64,000 nucleotides of DNA from assembly GCA_030390025.1 (NCBI GenBank), contig CM059440.1, positions 22,878,001-22,942,000 of the forward strand. The letters run 5' to 3'. The notes beneath the pieces were generated by a model. The model was given only the letters and a program-made list of their open reading frames with translations, did not search any database and had not been told where the DNA came from. Every line of letters starts with the position of its first letter. Within the stretch, counting starts at the first letter, position 1. The DNA is from Squalus acanthias (lineage: Eukaryota). This document shows positions 24,365-37,687 of the stretch, piece by piece. The position numbers were made by a program, and so were the translations under genes.

Positions 24365-25602
24365 ACAACAACTTATATTTATATAGAGCCTTTAACGTAA
24401 TAAAATGTCCCAAGGCGCTTCACAGGAGTGTTATCAAAGAATTTGATAACAAGCCATATAAGGAGATGACCAAAAGCTGGGTTGAAGAGTAGGTATTAAG
24501 GAGCGTCTTAAAGGAGGAAAGAGAAGTAGAGGGGCAGAGAGATTTAGGGAGGGAATTCCAGAGCTTAGGACCTAGGCAGCTGAATCCATTGGTGGAGCAT
24601 TTAAAATCGGGGATGTTCAAAATGCCAGAATAGGCGGATCGCAGTGGTCTCAGGGGATTATAGAGCTGGAGGAGATTACAGAGATAGGGAGGGGCGAGGC
24701 CATGGAGGGATTTGAAAACAAGGATGAGAATTTTAAAATCGAGGCGTTGCTTAATAGGGAGCCAATGTAGGTCAGCGAGCACAGGGGAGATGGGTGAGCG
24801 GGACTTGGTGTGAGTTCGCAACGGGTGGCAGAGTTTTGGATGATCTCAAGCTTATGGAGGGTAAACTCAGGAGGCCGGCCAGGAGTGCATTGGAATATTC
24901 AAGTCTAGAGGTGATAAAGGCACGGGTGAGGCTTTCAGCAGCAGATGAGCTGAGGCAGGGGCGGAGATGGGCAATATTGTGACGGTGGAAATGTGATAGA
25001 ATGGATATGAGGTAGGAAGCCCAATTTGTGATCAAATATGACACCAAGGTTGCAAACAGACTTGGTCAGCCTTAGACAGTTGCCGGGGAGAGCGATCAGT
25101 GGAAAGGGAACGGAATTTGTGGTGTGAACCGAAGACAATGGCTTCGGTCTTCCCGATATCTAATTGGAGGAAATTTCTACTCCTCCAGTGCTGGATGTCG
25201 GGCAAGCAGTCTGATATAGAGATGGTGGAGGGTTCGAGAGAGGTGGAGGAGAGGTAGAGCTGGGTATCATCAGCGTACATGTGAAAACTCACGTTGTGTT
25301 GCCGATTGATGTCACCGAGGGGTAGCATGTAGATGGGAGATAGGAGGGGGCCAAGGATAGATCCTTGGGCGACACCAGAGGTGACAGTGCGGGATCGGGA
25401 AGAGAAGCCATTGCAGGTGATTCTATGGCTACGGCTGAAAAGATAGGAATGAAACCAGGTGAGTTCCAGCTGGACAACGGTGGAGAGGCGTTGGAGCAGA
25501 ATTTTGTGGTCAACCATGTCAAAGGCTGCAGACAGGTCCAGAAGGACGAGAAGGGATAGATTACCTTTGCCGCAGTCAATTAGGATGTAATTTGTAACCT
25601 TG
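24365..25602 (-). mobile_element. L2 LINE, 5'-truncated, with RT domain and frameshifts
   Basis: LVLLDLSAAFDMVDH, SGVAQGSILGP, HMYADDTQLY, LHWLPIKQRLDFKIL motifs and an L2 tail. Confidence 0.92.
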
Positions 25603-26277
25603 TGACATACGAACAATGACGGACTGAAAAAGACCCTCTGGTCCATCCAGCTGGTCCCACACAACTGTGATGCCTTGTGCATCACAATGTATATACTCCA
25701 GAGTCCACACCCCACCCCACCCGAAACCATGCGATCTCCTGGAAGATGCGAAAAAACAGATAAAAACCCAGGCCAATTAGGGCAAAAAAATCTGGGAAAT
25801 TCCTCTCCGACCCCCTTAGGCAATCGAAACGAGCCCAGGAGATCACTCTGGCCCAGATTAAAGTCATGCAGTACCAACCTTTTGTACGAGCTGATCGCCA
25901 CCCCAGCCAGGAACAGGCCCAGCTCTTGCTCAGAGGAATTCAGCGAATCAGCATCCACCACATGAGCCGGTAGCCTGTTCCAGAGTTCCACTATTCTCTG
26001 GGAAAAGAACCACCTCCTGACACCTAACCTAGTCCTGGTCTTGCATGACTTGAGATTGTGACCCCTGGTCCTCCCTGACCTATTTAGATGGAACAAACGG
26101 TCAACTCGAACACAATCTGTTCCCTTCATCGTCTTAAAAACCTTGATCAAATCACCGTTACGTTTATGCTTCTCCACAGTCCAGAGTCCCAGCTCTTTTA
26201 ACCTATCTTGATGCTTCAAACTGTGAATTAATCTTGAGGCCCTCCTCTGCACCCTTTTCAAAGCCTCAATATCACCA
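25603..26277 (-). mobile_element. CR1 LINE 3' fragment abutting the L2
   Basis: DIEALKRVQRRASRLI...GDLIKVFK...FFSQRIVELWNRLPAHVVDA plus 3' UTR. Confidence 0.85.
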
Positions 26278-27078
26278 ATCATCCTCCATTCAGTTAACTT
26301 TAGCTGAACACTGCTAGATGGACGCCAGGAACGGATTTCACCAAACGTAGTTCCAAAAATAGTGAAATGCACCGCAAGACAACACACTGGACCAAGCTTC
26401 ACCATTAAATTTCCAACTGCTTATGTTAACCAGTAGCAGATACAACATCAATTAGTAGTAATATTATTCTTGCCTAGTATTATTTTTATTATTAAGAAGC
26501 CAAATGAAGAGCGAAGGTCACTGAGTAAAGGCATGATGAGGTAAATCAGCAAGCAGTTTTAAAATGTATTACAAATACTAGCACTATAAATATACCTATT
26601 GTCTACACTGGATAAAAAACTAAGTATCCACTCACATCTGCCACCGTATGGCCCATGTACAGGGATTACACATGTGTTGTAAAATGTGTAAGCTTTATTT
26701 CTCCCCTCCACCCCAACTGCACAGGAGCTGATACTGGAGAGCAGGACAAGCTATGCTTTCGATTCACGAATCACGTGAATATCATGTGCATAGCTCCAAA
26801 AAAAAAAATTGCTTCTAAGCCTGAACATTCATCAGCCGTTCAGCCAACCTATTATCTGCTGCTATTTTGTAGTTCCATAACTCATTGTGTAATCACATGT
26901 TATTAGCTTTCTAACTACATTTCACCTCAAAAAGCATTACCATATCTTTAACGCTCAGATCCAAATGACTGGAGTTTCCAATATGGCAAACCGCTAGATT
27001 TTTAGAGTATCGACTTGCTATAAGAAAATAACTTTTATTTTTCACGTTTTTCCCTGTCATTATCAACAGGAAACTCAC

Positions 27079-27108
27079 CCAACGTCGTGTTTTACTCGTC
27101 GTTGACAT
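27079..27108 (-). CDS. LACTBL1: Probable LACTBL1 first coding exon (MSTTSKTRRW)
   Basis: ATG plus 10 codons, then a strong donor TGG|GTGAGT in phase 0 that joins the open frame at 21360. Lies in a repeat-free, CpG-retaining patch. Confidence 0.65.
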
Positions 27109-27300
27109 AAGGCGAAGCTATCTTCAATAAAATGTTGTAGAATCCGCCTCGAGCTTTAGATCACGGGATATTTGCAATGAATGGTTGTAAGTGCATTGGC
27201 TCTGGCAGTTTCAGATCATGGCGAATTACCAATGCACTCTGCTCTCTCAACTCAATTTCTCCTTTCCTGACGTCATAATCCCTGGGTTTATATCTTAAAC
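27109..27300 (-). promoter_or_regulatory. Candidate LACTBL1 promoter / 5' UTR
   Basis: Local CpG retention, perfect CRE TGACGTCA at 27268-27275, minus-strand TATAAA at 27287-27292, and an inverted CCAAT-containing 10-mer pair at about 27190 and 27229. Confidence 0.45.
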
Positions 27301-28204
27301 CTACAAGTGGGAAGCAAAGTCTTTAATCCTCCCATTTAATTCACTTCTGCCCGAATAGATAGCCCTCAAGAGGAAAAAAAAAACTCTGTAATATACTGGT
27401 TTACCGTTATTACAGTAATGTTTTACTATTCAGTATTTGCTGAAATCATGCATTTTGCCTGTGGCTCCCTCATTAATACTAGAAATCAGCAGTTAATCCT
27501 AGTGTCTTCCTAACCATACATGCTACACAAATCTGTCAGCACAGTGCAAGAACATTACATTCTGCACATCATAATTCTGCAATATTTCAATTTCTTTTAA
27601 GAGTCATTGTTTACAGAACAAGCAAGTTTTAGAATTTTTTAAGATAGCAGTGGGACTTCTAAAAAGAGAAGGGGCAGGGGACCTTTTAGAAAAGTGGTGA
27701 CAGTGAGACAAACATCAGAACAGGATTTAAAACACACACACACTCGAGTGTGCCTTAAAAAAAAACATAAGACTGGGGTTAAAAAATTACTAACAAGAGG
27801 GGAACATAAAAGCAAAGCAGTTTAGAAAAAAAAACACCAAATGGGCATAAAAACAAAGAGCAGAGTGAGATTTAAAAAAACAAACAGACATCAGAATGGG
27901 ATTTAAAGAACAAATAACAGAGTGGGATTTAAAGAAGATTTTAAAAAAACAAGCACCAGAGAGGGTATTGGCGTGAGGGTTCATATCCTGTTCCTTCCTT
28001 GTTCGAGCCACATCATCAAAGAGGAAAGGAAGATGTGTTAGCAAGGTGTATGTGATAAATAGGGGTCATGCACAGTAGCATGGCCATTAGGATGCCATTC
28101 TGTTGATGTCCTGCTAATTAGCGATTGAGACATCCCATTATAAGCTATTCCCGTTATGCGAAACAACAAATGATTGAGCATAAAGGGCGACAAAAAAAAC
28201 CCCA

Positions 28205-29062
28205 CAAAAGGCTGTGGATGCTGAGTCAATTGAAATTTTCAAGACTGAGATCGATAGATTTTTCTTGGGAAAGGGTATCAAGGGATCTGGAACAAAGGCG
28301 GGTAAGTGGAGTTGAGTCACAGATCGGCCATGATCTAATTGAATGGCGGAATGGGCTCGAGAGCTGAATGGCCTAAACTGCTGTTCCTATGTGAAAAGAA
28401 CGTAAGAACATAGGAAATAGGAGCAGGAATAGGCCACTTGGCCCCTCGAGCCTGCTCCGCCATTCGATAAGATCATGGCTGATCTTGGACTCAAAGCCAC
28501 TTCCCCGCCCGCTCCCCATAACCCTTCACTCCCTTATCTTGCAAACATCTGTCTATCTCCACCTTAAATGTATTTAATGACCCAGCCTCCACAGCTCTCT
28601 GGGGCAGAGAATTCCACAGATTTACGACCCTCAGAGAAGAAATTCCTCCTCATCTCAGTTCTAAAAGGGCGACCGCGTTCTAGATTTCCCTACGAGGGGA
28701 AACATCCTCTCTGCATCTACCTTGTCGTGTCCCCTCAGTATCATATGTTTCAATAAGATCACCTCTCATTCTTCTAAATTCCAATGAGTATAGGCCCAGC
28801 CTGCTCAACCCCCTCATCTCTGGAATTAACCTAGTGAATCGTCTCTGAACTGCCTCCAATGCAAGTATATCCTTCCTTAAATAAGGAGACCAAAACTGTA
28901 CACAGTACTCAAGGTGTGGTCTCACCAATACCCTGTACAGTTGCAGCAGGACTTCCCTGCTTTTTTACTCCAACCCCTTTGAAATAAAGGCCAACATTCC
29001 ATTTGCCTTTTTGATTACTTGCTGTACCTGCATGCTAACTTTTTGTGTTTCATGCACAAGAA
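28205..29062. mobile_element. Two CR1 3' ends tail-to-tail (+ 28205-28392; - 28395-29062)
   Basis: Plus-strand tail GGCCATGATCTAATTGAATGGCGGA; minus-strand [36 protein letters not shown]. Confidence 0.85.
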
Positions 29063-31254
29063 GCCAAAGACAAGACTTACTTTATGGGCTGGCAATAGGC
29101 CACCAAGCTGGCTCACACCCATTCCCTTGATGGCCTCCAAATAATAATTATGGGGGCCCGCTTTCCGTAGCAGATGAGATGTTGCAGGACGGCTGGGCCA
29201 CCAGTGCGGGTTCTCTGCTCATGAGGTGCACAGCCTTCGCCTCTGAAAACATAAACGGATTCTTACAGCATGAGGAGGTCAAAAAAGGGACAATCCAATG
29301 AGCAGCGTAAATACATCCTGGTGTGAAACAATGAGCAGGCAGCGTGCAAATAGGCCATGTAGTGAGTTGGTGCAAAAACATGCTGGAGTTGTGAGAGTCA
29401 AAGGAAGTCTTTCCTTTTGGAAGTGTCTAATTTGGAGGTAGCGCTTCAGAAAATTATATTTAGGAGGCCTAAGAAGTGAAAAATGGGGCTGCAGAGGACA
29501 TTGCAGATGTGCCAGCATACTGTGGGCTAAGCACTTGGTACATGCTTAGTACAGCCAACCCCTTTGCTTTGAGTGGGAACCTTTTAGGCTTCCCTAACTT
29601 GATGCTCTTCCTCTGTCTAGAGAGCCTTTTCTTCATTTGTGTGACACAGAGGAACAGTCTTCGCTTGATTGGTCACCTCCCGCCATGATTACTGTGCACC
29701 GGCTCTAATTTCAGGGCAGGTTTACGATCTGCCCCATAAAAAAATGCCACTTTCCTCAGGGCTATCTCCGCCAGTAAAACCTATACTCTCTCCTCTGTGA
29801 AGGTGGCAGTTCCGGAGTGGCGGGAAGTGCCCTCCAGCTGTGTTGCACAGTAACATTTAGCTGTTACCCAAAAACAGCTGTCTTACTTTAAGAACTGCAG
29901 CAGCCCTTTAAGAGTTGCTGCTTTCCCAATCCTCCTCCACCCCTCCCCACCCACACTAAACTGACACAAATGACCAAACCATGCATCATCGAGAAGCCTC
30001 ACTAATAAGCGAGTGTATCCAGAAGTGTCAGCCAGTTGGAGCCAAAATCAGGAAAGTGGCCTTATTGAATCAATGCAAATAACTTTGAAGTTGATTGCAA
30101 TTCAACAGTTTGGAGCAGTCCAACTTCAAGAAAAAAATAATTGCTTGGATACAAGTTCAACATTCCTTCCTTGCTTTTGTAAACTATGTCTCTAGATACA
30201 AAATGAAGGATCGTTTTTTTTAATATAATCATGACAGAACCAATCAGTAAGGGTCAAACAGAACACCACTGCCAGACAGTAATTACAAACACAAAAAATT
30301 TATATAGCTTATGAGAAAAAGATGCAGTGAGGAAAATCATCCTACTTTGGGAAAACATTTTTTGCTGATGTGAAAATAGGCGGTAAGACAGATTAACGCA
30401 ATCAAATTTAGAAAGATTCAGATCCAGTAGGTGCATTCAATGTAGATAAGCACAACCTCTGTGTCTTTATAAGCAAGCATTGGGGGCATTTTCCTTCCAG
30501 GCTATATCACAACTGGAAGGGGGTTTGGGCATGATAGCCACCTGCCAGTTTGACCCCACCATGACACCCACCCATTTTCAGGGTGGTCTCCCAGTTGTAT
30601 CTCCACTCTTCAGAGGGAGTCCGCCACACTGCGTGGGAGCAAAAAGTCGGCATTGCAACACCTGAAATGGCAAGGCCTATTTTAAAAGGGAGGAGAAACC
30701 CCTTAAAATGTACTGGTATTCAATTATGAATTGTGTCTGAATACGCCTAGCAGCCGTGCAACATGCATCGCGAGGGGTTGAGGTTGGGAACTAACCATAA
30801 CCATCTTCTATTTTGTAGCCAGTTCTCCATTTTCCACTGCCATAGTTCCTGTTCCCACCCCCTTTTTTTGCACCTTCTCCTTATAAACAGTATAGAGGAG
30901 GGAAATGAGGGGCTGGCGTTGGAGGTTTATTTATACGCAGTGGGGCGGCCAGCCGACATTGGTGCCAGTGGGATGATGAGGGATATGGGATCGCCTGGGA
31001 ACAGGCATATTGCAGAAGGAAAGTCCAGCCTCAAGTACAAGCCGTGTCAAATAGTGTGTCATAGGATTAACAGCTACCCCCTAATTCTGGTTTATAATGC
31101 AATGGAGATCCCATGGGATACCTACCATGTTCTCTTGCTTTCTTAAAAGGTGATAAACATCAAATTGTCTGAATAAAGGCTAAAACTAATAATCATTTAT
31201 TTACAAATACACAGAAGCAGCAAGAGACAGCTAGTTACTTAAAGTATAAAATCC

Positions 31255-31866
31255 TGTATGCTTCAGAGACATGGACCATGTACAGCAGGCACCTCCAAGC
31301 ACTGGAGAGGTACCACCAACGCTGCCTCCGCAAGATCCTGCAAATCCATTGGCAGGATAGGCGCACCAACGTCAGTGTTCTCGCTCAGGCCAGCATCGAA
31401 GCCCTGACGACGCTCAATCAGCTCCGATGGACAGGCCACATCGTCCACATGCCCGATACGAGCCTCCCAAAACAAGCGCTCTACTCGGAGCTGCGACACG
31501 ACAAGAGAGCCCCAGGTGGCAGAGGAAACGCTTCAAGGACACCCTCAAAGCCTCCTTGAAAAAGTGCAACATCCCCACCGACACCTGGGAATCCCTGGCC
31601 CAAGCCCGCACAAAGTGGAGGAGAAGCATCCGGTAAGGCGCTGAACACCTCGAGTCTCTTCGCCGGGAGCAAGCGGAAGCCAAGCGCAAACAGCGGAAGG
31701 AGCGCACGTCAACCCAAGAACCCCACCCACCTGCCCCTTCAACCACTGTCTGCCCCACCTGTGACAGAGACTGTAGGTCCCGCATTGGACTCATCAGTCA
31801 CCTGAGAACTCATTTTTAACGTGGAAGCAAGTCATCTTCGGTTCCGAGGAACTGCCTAAGAAGAAT
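31255..31866 (+). mobile_element. RTE-clade LINE 3' fragment with C-terminal C2H2 finger
   Basis: LERYHQRCLRKILQIHWQDRRTNVSVL..LRWTGHIVHMPD..LPKQALYSEL, then RKRFKDTLKASLKKC, then CPTCDRDCRSRIGLISHLRTH at 31751-31813; tail AAGAAGAA. Confidence 0.9.
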
Positions 31867-33084
31867 ATCCAAAACAGTAAAAAGGTAGAATCAGTCAGAG
31901 AAGTTGAAATATCCTTGCTAGAACATAGTTTTTGCACAGACCAATAAAGGCCTTCATGACAGTAAGTTGTCCATGGATGATGTGAACATCCAATCCAGAG
32001 TTATACTGGGACTAATAATGTGGTCTCTGAGCCTGCGCATCAGGTGCTGTGCAAACAACAGGGGTGGGGAGAAAACAGCGGACCTAACACCGGACTGCAA
32101 GATTTGTTACTTCGATAGTTTTGCTTAGCGCACGGCTCACTGGGAGCATTAGGGAGGTCAGGAGCGGAATCTCCAGTTCCAGACACACTCAGAGGGCAGT
32201 CGGCTATCTTTAAAACTGTGCTCCCGTTTGATATGCGAAATGGTTGGGGGCAGAACAGCGCCTTTCAGCCATCTGATGTTGGAGGTCCTGCAGCAAAGGT
32301 TGACCCCTATTTGGAAGAAAAGGCTGGGCAGTGCAAGGTTACCAAGGCAATTATGCAAAGGTGAGATCTGTAGATCTGTAGATCTGTAGATGTTGTCTTC
32401 TTCTGATGGAACACCTCTTCCTCCTCCAAATGCAGGGCAGCCATTGGCAGTCGCAACAGAATGCCTGTGCTGAGCAGTGCAATTGCACCCGAGTTTGGCA
32501 ACTGGTGGCACCAAGAAAAAGCACTAAAGCAGTCCTGTTTTGCAAAAAAAAAAGTGGTAAACAGTAGGACAACAGTATTGCACAAGGAATTATGGAGAAA
32601 CAGCAGCATGTTTCGTCCAAAACAGCAACAAAAATCCAACGTGACTAAAATAGTCAAAGAATTTAAGAATTGGCATCCTGCAGCGAACATTAGGGATGCC
32701 CCCCCCCCCCCCCCCACCAACACCCATTTTAAACAGATGTACAGTGAACCTAGAGCAGCTGAGCACTAGACCACAGGGAATTCTTCGTGGGACCAATTTC
32801 TATTACTTAACAGTTTTTGTGAAAGTAATGAGCACGCTTGTAGGGTGGCCTCAAAAAATTCAACAAATTCCTCTTGTTCGGAATCGAAAGTAGAGGGCCA
32901 AGTGCGCTTGGGCCTACCTGCCTGATTCCAGCCTGCTCCTGTTGGTTGCACTCCAAGCCAACACTGGGGAAATTGACCATGAAAAGTAGATTTTGAGAGA
33001 AAGAACAGCGAAAGGAAGTATAATGTTAAGTTGGGATGAAATTCTTAACAGAGTGGAGCAACAGGTGCAGGTACATACCTTTAA

Positions 33085-33512
33085 TAGAAACATAGAATCT
33101 AGGAGCAGGAGTAGGCCATTCGGCCCGTCGAGCCTGCTCCGCCATTCAATACGATCATGGCTGATCATCCAAATCCAGTACCCTGTCCCTGCTTTAATCC
33201 CCACAGCACACATATCCCACCCTACCCCCGTAACCCCATGTATTTAATTCCCCCTAACATATCCCATCCTATCCCCATAACCCCACATATTTAATCCCCC
33301 CTAACACTAAGGGTCAATTTATCATAGCCAAATCAACCTAACCCACACACATTTTTGGACTGTGGGAGGAAACCGGAGCACCCGGAGGAAACCCACGCAG
33401 ACACGGGGAGAATGTGCAAACTCCACACAGACAGTCACCCGAGGTCAGATTCGAACCCGGGTCTCTGGCGCTGTGAGGCACCAGTGCTAACCACTATGCC
33501 ACCGTGTTGCCC
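33085..33512 (-). mobile_element. HE1-like V-SINE joined to a CR1-type 3' tail
   Basis: Reverse complement of the 44753 copy (tRNA head plus V domain), followed by a CR1 tail at 33085-33200. Confidence 0.88.
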
Positions 33513-33713
33513 AGAAAAGTTAATTAAAAAGCAAATGGAATTCTGGGTTTTACAGATGGGGCAAAGAATACAAAGCAAGGAACATGTTGACATAATATAG
33601 AAGACATTGATTAGGCCACAGTTAAAGTACTGCATGCAGTTCTGGGAACCCCATTATAGGAATGCTATCAGAGCAGCGGAAACAGTAGTGAAGATTCACA
33701 AAGATTATACTAT

Positions 33714-34504
33714 GGGGGCGATTTTGCCAATGGGGGCGCGTTGGAGGCGGGACTGTTGCTTGTTGGGTCGATGTCCCGCCTCCATCGATTTGTGGCCAAC
33801 CCACGCTATTTTCCCTTGATTGGCCTTGTTAAGCCCGCCCGGCGGGCTTAGCAGGCCAATTAAGGGAAAGCCGGTTACAGAGAACGTCAGCAAAATTTTT
33901 GACAGATGAATTGTCATCGTTTGACAGCTCTGTGAAGCTGTCAAACACTGACATTCTCTGTAGTTTGATGAGTTCTTGAATTCAAGACTCATCAAACCTT
34001 TCTTTTGCAGAAATTAGATGGTTGTTGCATTGGAGAATGCAACAGCCATCTGTCATCTCTGCCGCGGAGGTGTGAGACTCTCCGCATACCCAACTCTTGA
34101 AGCCTGCAGGAAGAAACAAAGGTAAGTAAACTTTTTCTAACACTTTCCACTTACCTCACATACTCACTTCTCCACACTTGCACCCATCACTTACCTTCAC
34201 AGCGCACTTTTGCACCCCTCCGACCCCCTACTCGCCTCGGTGACTCTGGCAGGGTTCGCAGCCTTCGGGAAGCCCGCACTTGTGTGGGTAAAATGGGGAT
34301 AATCCTCTTATCTGCCTGTTAACTACCTGCTAACAGGCAGTTAAGTGGCTGTAATCCCCTTCCCGCCTCCAAGGAGACGGTACCTGGCACGGGTCGGCTA
34401 CCTGCTTCCTGGCAAGCTGGCACGGAGACGGGTTGGGCACCCGCCCCCAAATTCTGCCATTTTCCCGGCCGTCCCGCCTCCCCAGGGCTGGCAAGATCGC
34501 GCCC
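33714..34504. mobile_element. TIR-bounded non-autonomous DNA element (PIF/Harbinger-like termini) inside a CR1 relic
   Basis: Left end GGGGGCGATTTTGCCA; right end reverse-complements to GGGCGCGATCTTGCCA. CR1-like sequence continues on both flanks. No clear TSD. Confidence 0.65.
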
Positions 34505-36014
34505 AGAGAGCGAGACATAGTTATGAAGATCACCTTGAAAAATTGGGCTTTTTCACTGAACCGAGAAGGTTAACAGACGACCTAATAGCGGTTTTCAAAA
34601 TGATCAAAGGGTGAATGGTTTTAGAAGGTGATGGAGCCAGTGGCACTTCTGATCAAAGTAATTGATCTCCTCCAGTATCAATTACCTTAGCCTGCTGGGG
34701 GAGAGAGTTCCAGATTTCCACTACTTTGTGTGAAGAAGTGCTACCTGACATTACCCCCGAAACGGCCTGGCTCTAATTTTAAGGTTAAGCCCCCGTGTTC
34801 CGGAGGAAATCGTTTCTCTCTATCTACCTGATCAACTTCGCTGTGTTTCGGACTGTCCAAGGTTTCTCCTTCATTGACTTATGTACTGCAGCTGCGTCAC
34901 GGCTTGCAGGTTGGGGATGCCGTTCGCTAATTCAAGGATTCATTCATCCGCCTTTTGATAGGACTTCCTCCATCAAGGCTCCCACTATCCTCCTCCAGGC
35001 ATTCAACTGCCGCTGGCACTTCCTGGAGGTGGCCAGGTTACTTAACTGCCCACTGGTACTCGGTGTTGATCAGGAACATCTACTGTCATTACATGAGCAG
35101 GTTGTAACACCTGAACTGACGCCAGTAACCATGGCACAGGTATTGGTTGAAGAGAGTTGACAACAAAAATGCAACACATTTTTATTAAACTTTAATGTAT
35201 GAATTTCCAACAGTTGCACAATCCCAGCAATAATTTTTGTTACTAAGTATCAGCGCTCTTAACAATACTAAGACGCTGTGATATTCTCTTGAATCACACA
35301 AGGTACAATTAGGCACAGGAACCAGTGTGAATTCCAACATGCTTTGTAGAGTTGTGATGACAAAATTCCAGTTCAAATATGCAACAGCTACATGTCTCTG
35401 GCTCGAGTTCTTTTTCTATCGGTAACTTGCATTTCCAGTGACATAATTGGAACTGAGAACTGATCTGCAGTTGATGAAAGAACTGGCTTGGGAGATTGGC
35501 ACAAGAAACGAGGGAATTTTTACTTCAGACCGCGTGGAGCCTGCTCAAAGAGGTTACATTTCTGTTATTTGGGACCAATTAGTAACCCTTTAATTGAGTT
35601 CTGGAAGTACTGTCTATGATCCTAATTTGTCCCAAGAGCCCAGCAGCATTTTTGAGCATGAATTAGTTAGGCACAGATGATGATTAGCTCATCAGATGTG
35701 AATATTGGGTAGACCTCAGAAATCGTGATGTCTGCCATTAAACGACATTAAACGAATGTTAACTCTTAAGAACAATTAAAAAATAAGAACTTTTAAATCA
35801 TAAACCAGCTTACCAACATGTCCAGTGTTTGCTTTGCGTCTACAACTAATAGATGATTTTTGGTTGCTGATGTACTAATCCTGGTAACATCACCCTCCTG
35901 ATCCAAGCTTATCTCTAACCACATCTGCCTCTGGAAACTGCAAAACATGGCAATATTCTCTCAGGCATGCAGAAAAGAGAGCAGGCAATACAAGGTCGTG
36001 GATTTTAAGTATTA

Positions 36015-36240
36015 ATGTGGCTCAGTGGTAGCACTCGCACCTCAAGTCAGAGGTCGCGGGTTGAACTCCCATTCCTGGGACATAGTCTAGGATGACACTG
36101 CAGTGTAATACCGAGATCTCTCTCATTGCTGGAGGTGCTGCCCTTTAGATGAGATGTTTAACCTAGGCCCTGCCTCCCTGTTCAGGTGGATGCAAAAGAT
36201 CCCATGGCACTATTTGAAGGAGCTCTTCCAGTGTCCTCTC
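36015..36240 (+). mobile_element. Degraded Deu-SINE, 5' half
   Basis: TGTGGCTCAGTGGTAGCACTCGC...TCAGGTGGATGCAAAAGATCCCATGGCAC. Confidence 0.8.
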
Positions 36241-37114
36241 CCATTCATGGAACCACACACGGCTACTGAACAATGCATGTAGATATCACACACCGTCCTG
36301 TCACCACGCACAGAGCCCTACAACTTCACATAATACAAGTATGGTTTTAAAGTAGCTGTGATGAATAGCAGATTTTTACACTCCATGTTACAGTGCCACA
36401 CAAGAATGTTAGGATCACTCAGCAAATTTAATATACAATAGATAAAAGTATTTTTGCCACATCATCTCTATAAAGTAGCGCCTACTGTGTGGGACGCCAG
36501 TCTGGGTGAAACTGTCGATACCCGCAACATTAAAAAGTTCTATTACAGTGCCACCTACAGGTAAGATTGTTACTGTAATGGATTCCAATTGGAGCAAACT
36601 TCATATGAAAATCTGGTGAAACATGTGCCCCATTACTTATAATGTATTTAAAACGGGCGATTGTCATGGGGAAAATTTATTTGAGGGGGTAAACGCTTGA
36701 TGCAACAATGCTGCCACATTTTGCAATTGCACACGGAATGGATGAAAGTGTTCAGCACCCCCTTTGAGCCCCCTCTCCCATGCTCAAGCCAGGGCCCAGT
36801 GTGGTACTGAAGCGCACAGGCCAGGAAGGTCTCAGTTGCAATTCCAAGATGTACTATCAGCTGATTTCAGTCAGGGTGACAGCAGGGGTGCTACCAGTGG
36901 TCTCAGGTGTCTCTGGGTTAGGGAGTAGGCTAAAAATCAGCCACAACACAAGCTCCTGATCAGCTTCCAGGTGACTCTTGCTGGCAAGTGCGGTGTGTGA
37001 AAGTCAAATAAGGTTAGAATTGGGCTCAGCCTCCCACGTGCCTGACCTTATTTACAATGCCCCAGTGAGGCATTCTTGCCATTGCAGGAATCAGTAAATT
37101 AGCAAAACAAAGAA

Positions 37115-37415
37115 AGGAAAAATAATTTGCATTTATACAGCACGTTTCATGACCTCAGGATGTTCCAAAGCACTTTACATCCAATGAATTAATTTTCAGT
37201 TGTAGGCATTGTTGTAACGTAGGCAAACATAGCAGCCAATTTGCACACAGAAAGGACTAACAAACAGCAATGAGAATTTAACAAATAATCTTTCAATGAT
37301 ATTGGTTGAAGGATTAATATTGGCCAAGACACAGAACTCCCTGCTCTTCGAATAGTGTCATGAGATCTTATGCACCCAGAGGGCAGACCAGGCCTCGGTT
37401 TAATATCTCATCCAA
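37115..37415 (-). mobile_element. Deu-SINE, 3' half
   Basis: TTGCATTTATACAGCAC...GCAGCCAATTTGCACACAG. Confidence 0.8.
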
Positions 37416-37687
37416 AAGAACTAAGGATAAGGGAGTTGCAATACAAGAGAAATGAGTGCTGAATGACCCACAGGAATGGTCTAATGGTAATTGAGCGTGT
37501 GAATGTGACAATCAAGCATTTGTGTGGGAATCAATGAAATGGATGCCCGAGGCGTCAGCAAATCTAGGGAATGCGACTGTGGCAATCAAGAGCATGCGAG
37601 AAGGCCGAGATTAAAAGCATTTGAGTACAAGAGCAGCAAAGTTGATGGAGCTTACTCTGCATCTAACCCATGCTGTACATGAACTGA

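Noticed and set aside
25032-26405. 457-aa ORF as a novel RT fusion gene
   Set aside because: It is a chance read-through of flank, CR1 3' end, CR1 UTR and a truncated L2 RT; the L2 part frameshifts downstream.
32364-32390. (AGATCTGT)3 microrepeat, and poly-G/poly-C runs at about 5332 and 32699
   Set aside because: Ordinary slippage repeats with no sign of function.
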